Positions 42,353 through 52,133 of a stretch of 64,000 nucleotides of DNA are shown piece by piece; the stretch's first letter is position 1, and every line of letters begins with the position of its first letter. The notes below the pieces were generated by a model. The model had not been told where the DNA came from. It saw only the letters and a program-made list of their open reading frames with translations, and made no database searches. This DNA comes from a virus (Duplodnaviria > Heunggongvirae > Uroviricota > Caudoviricetes): the IMG/VR virus record IMGVR_UViG_2802429224_000004, positions 31,285 through 95,284 of that record. The stretch is one strand, 5' to 3'. The translations under genes and the position numbers were made by a program.

Positions 42353-43057
42353 ATGAAAGGCGAAGTGAAAGAACGCGGGATGATTTTTAACGATGAGATG
42401 GTCCGAGCCATCCTCGAAGGAAGGAAAACGCAGACTCGCCGACCTGTAAAAAATGTCAGGGCGGATAACTGCCTGGTTATCCGTAAACCGACAAAGAAAC
42501 GCAATGGTGTCTATACCCACGTTATGGATGCACCGAAACATGGTTTATGCCCGTTCGGTAACGTTGGTGATCGCATATGGGTCCGTGAAGCGTGGGCGAT
42601 ATTAGGCAATGAGGATGGTTGCAGTGTGGACTGGAACGACAACCTTTGTCGTGGCGATGAGAAGAACGCAGCAAGGATTTATCGGGCCAGTTGCGAGCAA
42701 AAGCCTGGTGATTACGGCCTGTGGTCGATACCCGATGATGCCGACTGGAAACCTCACACTGTGAATGAAAAGTTTGATGGCGGGTGGTGTCCATCAATTC
42801 ACATGCCGCGCTGGGCATCGCGCATTCTTCTGGAAATTACCGACGTGCGTGTGGAACGGCTGCATGACATGAGCGAGGCAGATGCTAAAGCAGAAGGCGC
42901 AACTCCGGCGACGTACAAGATTACGCCACCTGAAGCTGTTTATCGCGTTGGTTTTGGTGATATCTGGCGCAGTATTTACGGGCAGGATAACTGGCTATCT
43001 AACCCGTTGGTATGGGTAATAGAGTTTAAGCGTATTCAGGGGGCAACCAGTGAGTGA
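42353..43057 (+). CDS. ASCH-like domain protein
   Basis: 234 aa; MIFNDEMVRAILEGRKTQTRRP. Confidence 0.4.
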   Translation: MKGEVKERGMIFNDEMVRAILEGRKTQTRRPVKNVRADNCLVIRKPTKKRNGVYTHVMDAPKHGLCPFGNVGDRIWVREAWAILGNEDGCSVDWNDNLCRGDEKNAARIYRASCEQKPGDYGLWSIPDDADWKPHTVNEKFDGGWCPSIHMPRWASRILLEITDVRVERLHDMSEADAKAEGATPATYKITPPEAVYRVGFGDIWRSIYGQDNWLSNPLVWVIEFKRIQGATSE

Positions 43058-43316
43058 GTCAAAATGCCAAATTAATGGCAACAAGATAGAACCGTGCGCG
43101 GCGTTGACGCAATCCCTGGAGCATGACGCTGAATACACGACGCGAAAAGGTCTGCTGAAATACAAAATCTATAACCATGCATTAATTCATTCACAAGACC
43201 TGATCATGCTGCGGTCTGGTGAATTTTCTAAATCACCGATTCGAATTTCATTTTGCCCGTTCTGTGGTGAAAGTCTGAAAACGTGGGAAGCGGAGGCAAC
43301 CAGTGAGCAAAATTAA
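43050..43316 (+). CDS. Small Cys-containing protein
   Basis: 88 aa. Confidence 0.35.
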   Translation: MSESKCQINGNKIEPCAALTQSLEHDAEYTTRKGLLKYKIYNHALIHSQDLIMLRSGEFSKSPIRISFCPFCGESLKTWEAEATSEQN

Positions 43317-43944
43317 CTACCAGGTACTACGTGAGATAGCAAAACAGGCAACACAGGGCGAATGGGTCGCATTTATTTCGACGGGTACTGGTACGTATGC
43401 GGTGCATACGCCCGGTGATAAACGATGTGAAGACGTTATCAAATGGCCCGGCTTTGACGGACAGAAAAACGCAGAGAACAACGCTCGTTATATCGCAGCT
43501 TTCAACCCTGCAGTAGTGCAGGCACTGCTGGATGAGCGGGAAGCCCAAAGCAAACGCATTGCAGAGATGGAGACTAATCTTGCGGCGCTGGCAGCGGAGA
43601 ATGCGAGACTGAAGGTGATGTGTGAGGACCGCCGCAGGTTCATCATGAAAGGGGTGCAACTGGGGTATATCAAGGTGCCAAAAGCGGAAACAGATCCGGA
43701 CCTTGAGACAATTCGTATTGCTATATCACCACAAAAGCCCATTCCAGCCACCGATGCTTTTTTGGCTGAAGTAAGGGCGCAGGGGGTAGAGATGATGCGC
43801 GAACACCCATCAATCAAACTTTGCTCTTTGACGCACATATGTGATGAGTTAGCCGCCCAGCTTCGAAAAGGAGAGCTGCATATGATGTTTGACGCTGGCA
43901 TTCACATCAAAGGAGAAGAGCATGGAAATAAAACCAGAAGATGA
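43303..43944 (+). CDS. Hypothetical protein with coiled-coil segment
   Basis: 213 aa. Confidence 0.4.
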   Translation: MSKINYQVLREIAKQATQGEWVAFISTGTGTYAVHTPGDKRCEDVIKWPGFDGQKNAENNARYIAAFNPAVVQALLDEREAQSKRIAEMETNLAALAAENARLKVMCEDRRRFIMKGVQLGYIKVPKAETDPDLETIRIAISPQKPIPATDAFLAEVRAQGVEMMREHPSIKLCSLTHICDELAAQLRKGELHMMFDAGIHIKGEEHGNKTRR

Positions 43945-44281
43945 GTTAAGTAATATTGTTTTATTTCCGGTAAAAGAGGATGACCCACGTAATCAGGTTA
44001 ATTTTCTTTATGAACCATCGGAAAGACCATATTGCCATCATGCCTCTGTCCGGGTTGATGAAAAAGAGCGTCAGGTCCGCTGTAAAATCTGCGGTGCAGT
44101 TGTGGAGCCATTTGACTGGATGCTCTCTGTTGCGAAAAGAGAAACCAGGCTGGCAGATGATGTAAAACTATTGCGCCAGGAGGAACAGGAAAGGCGAAAA
44201 AATATAGAAAAGCTAATTCAGATTGAGCGTAACGCGAAAGCGCGGATACGCAGAGCGACAAAATCCAGAACTGAATATTAA
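43889..44281 (+). CDS. Zn-ribbon-like protein
   Basis: 130 aa; CHH...CKICGAV. Confidence 0.4.
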   Translation: MTLAFTSKEKSMEIKPEDELSNIVLFPVKEDDPRNQVNFLYEPSERPYCHHASVRVDEKERQVRCKICGAVVEPFDWMLSVAKRETRLADDVKLLRQEEQERRKNIEKLIQIERNAKARIRRATKSRTEY

Positions 44282-44326
44282 ATCAGCACTGTAAATAAAA
44301 TTTAATCCTTAACCGGAGGTATATCT

Positions 44327-44539
44327 ATGTTAAATACACAGAAAACCATTAACGCGGAAAAATATAACGAGTGGGTAAAAAAATTCTCTGAGCAGATTTT
44401 TAAAATTACTGCTGACGAGAATGTAGCAAAAAATGAATTAGAGCCGTGGACACCTGAAGGAACCGACCCAAATTATTGCTGGTGGGAGGTTGATCCGGTT
44501 GATGCTGCAAATGAAGCCATGAGTTACCACAACGATTAA
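44327..44539 (+). CDS. Small hypothetical protein
   Basis: 70 aa; RBS GGAGGT upstream. Confidence 0.4.
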   Translation: MLNTQKTINAEKYNEWVKKFSEQIFKITADENVAKNELEPWTPEGTDPNYCWWEVDPVDAANEAMSYHND

Positions 44540-44851
44540 TGTCGGGATGCCGCCCGAAAGGGCGGTAATAAAAATGGCTGAACTAATCGGAGAACAAAAC
44601 GATGAAAAACCGTAAGGCAAAGATGCTGATAGCAAAGCCCGGGCAGCGTATCCGTATCTCAAATCGGCTTGTTATTTACTATAGATATCTGGGTTTTAGG
44701 GGGTGTTCCTCTATTCGTTTTTACGGTGTCTGGCGGAGCAGAAGCGCGGCGCAAAACCGCTGGAAAAACCACTTGCGCACTAAAGGAGAGTGAGGTGCCT
44801 ACACTATTCAGGAAGCTACACAATAAAATTAACCCACATAAGGAAACAGAT

Positions 44852-45256
44852 ATGGCAACTATTACCAGAGAAAGCGCAGAGATTAAATCATTCATCACTG
44901 GCTTTCTGAGCGATGCGGCGCACGATAACCAATCTTCAAACAGTCTGCTTGCTAATGTGTTTCGTATCGCGCTGGCATCGCTGGAAGCAAAACCAATAGG
45001 TGCATTCCACATTGCAGAACAGCAAGTTGACGGTACAAGTGACTACCTCAAGGATGGAGAATGGCCTATTGATAATGGAATTATTGAGGTCTACGCCGCT
45101 CCCCCCGTTCCCGTAATACAGGCTGATGTCGCGCAAGCAATTGAAAATCTCAAGCAGAAGTTAGTGGAATGCAATCGCTATAACTACTGCGCAGATGCAG
45201 TTAAAGGTGTTGAGGATGCCTGCCGCGCAGCCATGCTTCAGGGGAAAGGGAAGTGA
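44852..45256 (+). CDS. Hypothetical protein (start set at internal ATG with AAGGAAACA RBS)
   Basis: Track ORF 44669..45256 trimmed to MATITRES... Confidence 0.4.
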   Translation: MATITRESAEIKSFITGFLSDAAHDNQSSNSLLANVFRIALASLEAKPIGAFHIAEQQVDGTSDYLKDGEWPIDNGIIEVYAAPPVPVIQADVAQAIENLKQKLVECNRYNYCADAVKGVEDACRAAMLQGKGK

Positions 45257-45257
45257 T

Positions 45258-45659
45258 ATGACCACTATAACCGATAAGAAACAGTATCCAGGCGAGCAAT
45301 ATCTTAATGAGCTGATCACCAACATAGAGTTTGCTGCAAGGGCACCAGTTGAAGTCGTGAGAGCGATGGCAGCAGAGCTACAGAAGCGGCGAGAAGCTGA
45401 TGGCGCAGAACCTGTAAGCCAAACTTACAAGTTGAACGAGCTGTCGGGCAACTCTCCGGTAACTCCGGATGGTTGGATAAGCTGTAGTGAGCGAATGCCC
45501 GCTCAAGATGATTGGATTTTAATTTATTCAAAGCACGGTGAGTATATGGCAGGCCAGGTGCAAGGGGAATACGTGGAGTTGAGCGACGGCACTTTATCGT
45601 GGTTAGGGAACGCCTTGTTCTGGATGCTGCTGCCAGAACCGCCCCAGGAGGCAGGTTAA
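45258..45659 (+). CDS. DUF551-like phage protein
   Basis: Start set at MTTITDKK; motif WISCSERMP. Confidence 0.4.
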   Translation: MTTITDKKQYPGEQYLNELITNIEFAARAPVEVVRAMAAELQKRREADGAEPVSQTYKLNELSGNSPVTPDGWISCSERMPAQDDWILIYSKHGEYMAGQVQGEYVELSDGTLSWLGNALFWMLLPEPPQEAG

Positions 45660-45726
45660 TGAGCTGGCCTGAAGCATTCACCACGGTAGGAATTGCAATG
45701 GCGGTAGCACTGGTTTTGTATTCAAT

Positions 45727-45978
45727 TTGTCGCTGGGGATAACGATGGGGAAAATAACTTTTGTTGTTGAGTTTGAGGATGGTAAAGAGCCACCTGTTAG
45801 CGCCAATCTTGATGTTGCTGGCGGCAGGCTTGTTTCGGTTCTATTTGGTGACTACCGAGATGATTTCTTCCAACCAGAAGAAGTTGATGTAGTGCGAGAA
45901 GCATTAAACGAGCTAAGTGTTGATAACGATGATGCTCATGCGGAAATCATCAAAAAAATGGAACTGCTAACTCACTAA
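45727..45978 (+). CDS. Small hypothetical protein
   Basis: 83 aa. Confidence 0.35.
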   Translation: MSLGITMGKITFVVEFEDGKEPPVSANLDVAGGRLVSVLFGDYRDDFFQPEEVDVVREALNELSVDNDDAHAEIIKKMELLTH

Positions 45979-46026
45979 ATTATCAATTATGGTGCTATCA
46001 CCTACGACACCGAGAGAAAATTTATA

Positions 46027-46146
46027 ATGTCAAAAGTAAATGTTTTTATTTTTTCAGCAATTGTAGGTTTTGGTTTTTCTGCTGGAGTGCAGATTTATAT
46101 TGCGTGGGAAAAAATCATCAACTACGCATGGAGTTGTTTTATTCAG
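46027..46146 (+). CDS. Small hydrophobic peptide (39 aa), not in the ORF track
   Basis: Hand translation MSKVNVFIFSAIVGFGFSAGVQIYIAWEKIINYAWSCFIQ. Confidence 0.25.
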
Positions 46147-46175
46147 TGAGGTAAGTATGTGGAGAGGTAATAGTC

Positions 46176-46451
46176 ATGGCAAAAGCCATGATGATACTTA
46201 CCGAATATCAGTTTGACCATAAAACCAATAAATCACGTTCAGTATATTTGCTTCGGCACAATAGCCGCGTAAGGAATACCGTGCTGGAGCAAAATCTGAC
46301 CGTTGAAATGGATAAATTTGGGAACTTCAAGCCAACAATTGCGCTTGATGATTTCCCGCGTGGTTTAAGCGAAAGAGAAGCCATGCTGAAATTAGCAGAA
46401 TGGCTTCAGAGGTTAAGTATTGTTATTGAAGATAACTGGAGCCAACCATAA
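46176..46451 (+). CDS. Hypothetical protein
   Basis: 91 aa. Confidence 0.4.
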   Translation: MAKAMMILTEYQFDHKTNKSRSVYLLRHNSRVRNTVLEQNLTVEMDKFGNFKPTIALDDFPRGLSEREAMLKLAEWLQRLSIVIEDNWSQP

Positions 46452-46627
46452 TGAAAAACAGAAAGAAATTTTGGATTACTTTTTTGTTTGTATGCCTTTG
46501 CGGTTTATTTGTTTTGTTGGCTGGTGGTGTTGAATGGGGAACGCTTGAATGTGGAGCTGGGAGTGGATTTACGCTTCTTGCAGCCTGGGTTATCGCTGGC
46601 GTTCAGTCTGGAGGAGGGTATTACTAA
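46451..46627 (+). CDS. Small membrane protein (58 aa), not in the ORF track
   Basis: Hand translation MKNRKKFWITFLFVCLCGLFVLLAGGVEWGTLECGAGSGFTLLAAWVIAGVQSGGGYY. Confidence 0.3.
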   Translation: MKNRKKFWITFLFVCLCGLFVLLAGGVEWGTLECGAGSGFTLLAAWVIAGVQSGGGYY

Positions 46628-46706
46628 GTAATTTTATTACCCCCTTCATAACGGATATCACGCTCGTGATAACGGATATTCCAATTTTGATAACGGATAA
46701 GGCCAA

Positions 46707-46916
46707 ATGAAGCATTTTTTAAGGTTGGCATTTGTTCTGGCGCTATTTGCTCCTCCGGCTGCAATGGCTGGAGAACAGCAGCACTGTGTAACTGAATCAG
46801 AGAATCTTGTAATAGTCACTCAATGCGATGACGGAACGGTGACCGTGGTTAATGTACGAGATAACCGTGTAGCCGTGTGTCGTAAAGGCGAATCATGTAA
46901 GGAAATACAGCTATGA
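46707..46916 (+). CDS. Small secreted protein
   Basis: 69 aa; signal peptide MKHFLRLAFVLALFAPPAAMA. Confidence 0.4.
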   Translation: MKHFLRLAFVLALFAPPAAMAGEQQHCVTESENLVIVTQCDDGTVTVVNVRDNRVAVCRKGESCKEIQL

Positions 46917-47668
46917 CCAGAATCACTAAAGAGCGTATATCAGAGATTATTTCCCGTATTGAAATGTATGGTCACGGTGCTGGATATACGGCAGATGAAG
47001 TATTGGCGCTTGCCAAAATAGCGTTAGCGCCTTGCAAGGATGGTAACGGAATGACACTGATTGACTTTTTAGTGAAGGAATTATCTAAGGGGGCTGGATG
47101 GCCTGATGGAAAAGGTTTTTGCTATCTATCCATTCCGCTGGCAGGTTGTAGTTGGGCTACGGTTCGTTTTGATACGCGCTACAAAAATTACCAACCATCA
47201 AAGAATTATTCATTTGATGGCATTATTTGCGATATCAGTGACTTTGATCGCAGTGCGTTCACATCGGTTGTCACTCGTGAACAGTATGAAGCAGCTCGCA
47301 TAGCGTCTCAGAAAGTCGAGTTCAATGGTGATGAACTTGAAAGTAAGGCTTACAAGTTAGATTTTGAGCAATGGCTGGAACAGCAACGCGGGAAAATCGA
47401 TGTGGACTGCGGTTGTGTGTCTGCGGAAACATTCATGCACTGGTTGCGGGTAGCTTATGAGGCTGGTAACCATCCGGATCTTCCGGATAGTTCCCAACAA
47501 GCGCCCAGGAAAAGCGTAAAAAACACTCTGGAAAGAGGCTATCTTGAGGCCGCATTAAAGATTAAGCCGGGCCATACGCTAGGCGTCATTGATGCCATGT
47601 TAGTTCATGAAATGGCTAAGGCTTTATTGCCACTGGTAGCAGATCAACATGAGGCTAGTCATGCATGA
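46913..47668 (+). CDS. Hypothetical protein
   Basis: 251 aa. Confidence 0.45.
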   Translation: MTRITKERISEIISRIEMYGHGAGYTADEVLALAKIALAPCKDGNGMTLIDFLVKELSKGAGWPDGKGFCYLSIPLAGCSWATVRFDTRYKNYQPSKNYSFDGIICDISDFDRSAFTSVVTREQYEAARIASQKVEFNGDELESKAYKLDFEQWLEQQRGKIDVDCGCVSAETFMHWLRVAYEAGNHPDLPDSSQQAPRKSVKNTLERGYLEAALKIKPGHTLGVIDAMLVHEMAKALLPLVADQHEASHA

Positions 47669-47939
47669 TTCTCCCACGTCCGCGCCCACCGAAAATGGAG
47701 AAAAAAGGATGATTAATGGCTATCAGCCGCATACCCCAGAAATACAAGGGAGCGAGGGGCTTAAACCACCACCAGCACCACGTATTCCGCCTGTAGCAAG
47801 GAATGCATCATTACGACGAGACTTAATATTAGCCTTGTCGCCCGTTCTGGCTGCCCGCCAGGATTGGGTGAGTAATGATGACCTGGCAGAAAAAATCACA
47901 TCGCTGGTGGATAAAATTCTGGATAAAGCTGATATCTGA
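47649..47939 (+). CDS. Hypothetical protein
   Basis: 96 aa. Confidence 0.3.
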   Translation: MRLVMHDSPTSAPTENGEKRMINGYQPHTPEIQGSEGLKPPPAPRIPPVARNASLRRDLILALSPVLAARQDWVSNDDLAEKITSLVDKILDKADI

Positions 47940-47978
47940 TCACCATGCTAAAATCCCCTCAATTCACAGAGGGGATTT

Positions 47979-48251
47979 TTGTATATGTTGCATAGAGTTT
48001 TATGGAAAAGCGTTATTGTCGGCGCGATGTTGGCAGTGTCTGGATGTGCGATGGTGCAATACAATGACGGTGAAAAGGTAAGCATCCAGTCAGATGGCTG
48101 GTATGGGCTGGATAGCCTGCAAAAAACCGCAGATAAAGCCTGTCAGCAATATGGGAAGTCTAAAGCCGTATATCAGCATAGCGCGAACGCTAACCCTCAT
48201 CTTGCGCCCGGTTCGGGTGTTCAGAACACCATCTGGAAATGTGAGCCTTAA
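47979..48251 (+). CDS. Lipoprotein (P1 uhr position)
   Basis: Lipobox AVSGC. Confidence 0.4.
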   Translation: MYMLHRVLWKSVIVGAMLAVSGCAMVQYNDGEKVSIQSDGWYGLDSLQKTADKACQQYGKSKAVYQHSANANPHLAPGSGVQNTIWKCEP

Positions 48252-48253
48252 AC

Positions 48254-48505
48254 ATGAGCGACTGGAATATTGCAGCCAAAAGTCAGGAAGAACGGGATAA
48301 GGTTAACGTTGATTTGGCTGCCAGCGGTGTGGCGTACAAAGAGCGATTGAACATACCTGTCATAGCTGAACAGGTAGCCCGCGAGCAACCGGAGAACCTG
48401 CGTGTCTATTTTATGGAACGGCTGCGGCACTATCGGCAGTTAAGCCTCCAGTTGCCAAAAGGGAATGATCTAGTATATCAGAAAGATGATATAGCCAAAA
48501 AATAA
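48254..48505 (+). CDS. hot: Hot, homolog of DNA polymerase III theta subunit
   Basis: 83 aa; [33 protein letters not shown] resembles E. coli HolE as remembered. Confidence 0.7.
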   Translation: MSDWNIAAKSQEERDKVNVDLAASGVAYKERLNIPVIAEQVAREQPENLRVYFMERLRHYRQLSLQLPKGNDLVYQKDDIAKK

Positions 48506-48564
48506 CGCGACCCAGGCGAGCACAAAGCATTGCTCTGTTGCACGCACCGAGCCTCTTTAATGCA

Positions 48565-48584
48565 TGCTGTATATATAAACAGCA
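48565..48584 (+). promoter_or_regulatory. LexA (SOS) box upstream of humD
   Basis: TGCTGTATATATAAACAGCA fits CTGT-N8-ACAG. Confidence 0.6.
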
Positions 48585-48602
48585 TTTTGAAGTGAAAACG
48601 CT

Positions 48603-48988
48603 ATGGGCTTCCCTTCTCCTGCGGCGGATTACGCTGAACGCCGCATATCTCTTGATCAGCACCTAATCAGGCATCCATCAGCCACCTACTTCATGCGGGC
48701 GGCTGACAGCCATTACCGCGAAGGCATCTTGCAAGGGGCGTTGCTGGTGGTAGATTCCTCACTCCAGTTGATGGTTCGCTGCTTGTATGTGCTATAGAGG
48801 GTGAATATCGCGTAAAAAGATACCGGAAGTATCCGCGCCAGCACCTGGAGGATTTAAGCACCGGGAAGAAAGAGGCGTTACCAGTAGATGACGATGGTTA
48901 CACGGGTAGTAATGCTGTTTTTGGTGTGATCACCCACATTATCAATGACGCCAGGGGCGGTGAATTTGATGATAGTCCTGCTATATGA
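48603..48988 (+). pseudogene. humD: humD (UmuD'-like, peptidase S24) interrupted by a 1-nt frameshift near 48760
   Basis: Frame 1 reads ...GALLVVDSSLQLMVRCLYVL then stop at 48797; a second frame continues ...TPVDGSLLVCAIEGEYRVKRY...VFGVITHIIN to a stop at 48988. Joined, they resemble UmuD'. Confidence 0.5.
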
Positions 48989-49122
48989 TTTGTTTTCATA
49001 GAAACCATAGAGAGGCATGACTGGACCTATATCGCCCAGGCCATTTAAATGATTCCTCCCATTAGACGCGGTTACTCACTTGAAGATAAGATGAGGTTAT
49101 AATTCTCTTTTTAGGTGCGCGA

Positions 49123-49545
49123 ATGAGTTCGTCTGCTTTTGTCACTGTTGTCACTGGAGTAAGCGTTTTTGTCCTAGGTCGACTCATCATCAAGGGGGTT
49201 GAGTCTTACATTTCATTCAAGGAACAGTTGGGGGAAATATCGCATCTGTTATTGTCTAACCAAGCAAAGCTATCGAATCCCGGCTCTGACTTAAAACAAG
49301 AAATCATCCATGATTTGAAAGATGCGGCAGCACAGTTACGGGTGAAGTACGAACTATTACCTTTCTATATCAAAATGTTACCCATCGGTTTTCGCCTTGT
49401 TCCATCAGAAACTGAAATTCGTAAAGCGGCGCAAGAATTGAATCGGATAGCCTCAATACATGATGGTAAAACCGGAGGGCTGCCATATGAGCACATAGCC
49501 AAGATTGGACTACTGCTCAGAATTCCAACCACTTATTCTGCTTAA
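49123..49545 (+). CDS. Membrane-anchored protein of unknown function
   Basis: 140 aa; N-terminal TM helix SAFVTVVTGVSVFVLGRLII; GC by eye about 42%. Confidence 0.45.
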   Translation: MSSSAFVTVVTGVSVFVLGRLIIKGVESYISFKEQLGEISHLLLSNQAKLSNPGSDLKQEIIHDLKDAAAQLRVKYELLPFYIKMLPIGFRLVPSETEIRKAAQELNRIASIHDGKTGGLPYEHIAKIGLLLRIPTTYSA

Positions 49546-49653
49546 TCCCAGCAATTGCAAGACTGCATCTCGAGGATTTAAGGCACCAAGAAGTGGTATC
49601 CAGCATCATTAAAACCTATAATTGCGTACACATAACGAGTACACGAGGTGTTT

Positions 49654-49875
49654 ATGCAATCCATTAACTTCCGTACCGCGCGTGGCAACCTTTCTGAAGT
49701 GCTCAACAATGTTGAAGCTGGGGAAGAGATTGAAATCACCCGCAGAGGCCGTGAGCCAGCAGTAATTGTCAGCAAGGCTACTTTCGAAGCCTACAAAAAA
49801 GCAGCGCTGGATGCTGAATTTGCATCCCTGTTTGACACCCTGGACTCCACCAACAAGGAACTGGTTAACCGATAA
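49654..49875 (+). CDS. phd: Phd antitoxin
   Basis: 73 aa [39 protein letters not shown]...; GTGTAC-type palindromes upstream. Confidence 0.85.
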
Positions 49876-50255
49876 TGAGGCATATATCACCGGAAGAACT
49901 TATTGCGCTTCATGATGCGAATATAAGCCGCTACGGCGGCCTGCCGGGAATGTCAGATCCGGGTAGGGCAGAGGCCATTATCGGGAGAGTTCAGGCCAGA
50001 GTTGCCTACGAAGAGATCACCGACCTTTTCGAAGTCTCCGCCACCTACCTAGTGGCTACAGCGAGAGGGCATATATTCAATGATGCCAATAAGCGTACCG
50101 CGCTAAACAGTGCGCTGCTATTTCTACGCCGTAACGGGGTGCAGGTATTTGATTCACCTGAACTGGCAGACCTTACCGTAGGCGCTGCGACTGGCGAGAT
50201 ATCTGTATCTTCTGTCGCCGACACGTTACGTAGATTGTATGGTTCCGCGGAGTAG
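49875..50255 (+). CDS. doc: Doc toxin (Fic domain)
   Basis: 126 aa; start overlaps phd stop (TAATG); [11 protein letters not shown] Fic-like motif. Confidence 0.85.
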
Positions 50256-50259
50256 ATTA

Positions 50260-50439
50260 ATGGCACGTAAATACAACAAATTGTCCCGTGAAGCGTTAAA
50301 GATGCTTCTTGATGGCGTGAGTCGCCGCGAGGTAAAGCAATACCTGGTTGGTAAGCAAATTGGTGCCAGGACCGCTATTGCTGTGTTATGCCGTCAGGAA
50401 ATGGTTGTGCTTAAACAGAGAATGCCGGGCAGCAGATAA
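50260..50439 (+). CDS. Small basic protein downstream of doc
   Basis: Start set at MARKYNKL... Confidence 0.3.
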   Translation: MARKYNKLSREALKMLLDGVSRREVKQYLVGKQIGARTAIAVLCRQEMVVLKQRMPGSR

Positions 50440-50466
50440 AGCCCAATCAGTGATGAAAGGTGTGAT

Positions 50467-51510
50467 GTGAAAGCCGTAATTACTCCCTTTGTACAAAAAG
50501 AGCTTGGCGTCGCCACATTCAAAGTGGATCAGGAAGTCAGAAAGCTGGTGGAGGCTGGCCGTAAATTTATTATGGAGCCGGTGCCGCGTGAGTTAATCGA
50601 GCACATGGACGACGGCCTCGTTGTTTCCGAGCAAACTATGGCAACAAATGAGGCGTTGCAGCCGTTTTTTAACAGCGATGAACTGTTTCGTCGTCTTGGT
50701 GGAATTGACGCGCTGGTGGCGTGGTTGCGTAGGAAAGAGGGGCAATGCCAGGCCGCAGATCGTAGCTGGTGTGACAACCATATTGTCCACGCAGAACGAG
50801 ACAATAGCGCGGTGTTGTTGTGCTGGCATCACGATAACCATTACCGGATGCGTGGTTTTAATGAGCTGAAAGAAACGCTGCATAATAATCGCGTTAACTG
50901 GATACTGGATGTCGCCCGTCAGGAAATGGGGCTTTCAGATGGCCATGATTTAAGTATTCAGGAACTGTGTTGGTGGGCTTTCATGCGCGACATGATGCAC
51001 CTGATGCCGGAAGAAGTCTGCCGTATATCAATAAATAAGATTAAGGCTGCAACGCAGGATAGCGGATCTCTGAAAGAGGCGGATATTCGCCCGTATGACG
51101 ATCGCGCTACAGCATATGTTCAGATGATGGAAGAACGCGCCGCGCCGATGCGTGCAAAAGTATGCCCTGTGAATGTTGACTCCGACCCCGGCATGGCGCA
51201 TTTCAAAATCCCAAAACTGCAATCGCTAAAATTACCTGAGTACATGGACTTTGTTGCTTCCCGTCCATGCTGTGGGTGTGGAGCTGCGGGAGTTGGCGCT
51301 CACATTACGCCTTATATCGTTCGTCATAGTCGATTATGCGCGCATGACATTTACGCAATTCCTCTGTGCCAGTCATGCCAGCGTGATATTGAGCGTGACC
51401 GCGATAATTGGGAGAAAACGCACGGCAGGCTGGCGATGCATCAACGATTGTTCTTTGATTACGCGCTTGGAGTCGGCGCTATCACAAGTCATTCGTCGAG
51501 CGTTAGATAA
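50467..51510 (+). CDS. Cys-rich protein (P1 pdcB position)
   Basis: 347 aa; several CxxC pairs. Confidence 0.45.
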   Translation: MKAVITPFVQKELGVATFKVDQEVRKLVEAGRKFIMEPVPRELIEHMDDGLVVSEQTMATNEALQPFFNSDELFRRLGGIDALVAWLRRKEGQCQAADRSWCDNHIVHAERDNSAVLLCWHHDNHYRMRGFNELKETLHNNRVNWILDVARQEMGLSDGHDLSIQELCWWAFMRDMMHLMPEEVCRISINKIKAATQDSGSLKEADIRPYDDRATAYVQMMEERAAPMRAKVCPVNVDSDPGMAHFKIPKLQSLKLPEYMDFVASRPCCGCGAAGVGAHITPYIVRHSRLCAHDIYAIPLCQSCQRDIERDRDNWEKTHGRLAMHQRLFFDYALGVGAITSHSSSVR

Positions 51511-51511
51511 A

Positions 51512-51528
51512 ATTGCTCTAATGTGTTG
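51512..51528 (+). promoter_or_regulatory. C1 operator-like site, 13/17, upstream of lpa
   Basis: ATTGCTCTAATGTGTTG. Confidence 0.4.
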
Positions 51529-51598
51529 CTATTTCCTTAATCGAGGGTATTATATTCCACGTTGATTAGTTTACATGGGCTAATCAGTAGGTGACAGG

Positions 51599-52051
51599 AT
51601 GTTACTTAACTGGCAGGGACGCCACTTCATGGAAATAAATCACTCACGAATAACATCGTATGAGATTGCGGATTACATGATCCGCACTAAATCTCTTCTA
51701 TCAGCGAAAGAACTCGCAGCAATCCTTGAAAAGGAATACCCGCATCTGGATGTCGATAAGCGCGACGTTTATCTGCGCTTAAAGGCTATCGCTGTGTCTA
51801 AGTATTCGTCTGTTTTGATTGACGATAGTACGCGCCCACGTAGATTTCAGATCCACTCGCTGAACCCTGAATTCTTTCGCCGCAGCCGCGCTCCGCGCAG
51901 ATTTGATGAAAAACTCCAGAACGAACTCTATATGACGCAGGACGAAAAGGAACGCCGGGAGCACCTGCCTTGGGTAATGGTGCGTCAACTTTTCAATAAG
52001 GTGGCCCGTCAGCACCGTCATTACGGTAATGCCACATCTGCACGTATCTGA
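51599..52051 (+). CDS. lpa: Late promoter activator Lpa candidate
   Basis: 150 aa between the doc region and pacA, preceded by an operator-like site. Confidence 0.5.
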   Translation: MLLNWQGRHFMEINHSRITSYEIADYMIRTKSLLSAKELAAILEKEYPHLDVDKRDVYLRLKAIAVSKYSSVLIDDSTRPRRFQIHSLNPEFFRRSRAPRRFDEKLQNELYMTQDEKERREHLPWVMVRQLFNKVARQHRHYGNATSARI

Positions 52052-52073
52052 TTGCTTGCCCGTTCCGGGTCTT

Positions 52074-52092
52074 TTGACATGTGACTTTCGTT
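52074..52092 (+). promoter_or_regulatory. Candidate late promoter motif upstream of pacA
   Basis: TTGACATGTGACTTTCG, about 45 nt upstream of the GTG start. Confidence 0.3.
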
Positions 52093-52133
52093 ACCCTCGC
52101 GTCAAAAAGAGTTTTATACGAAAGGAAGCATAA

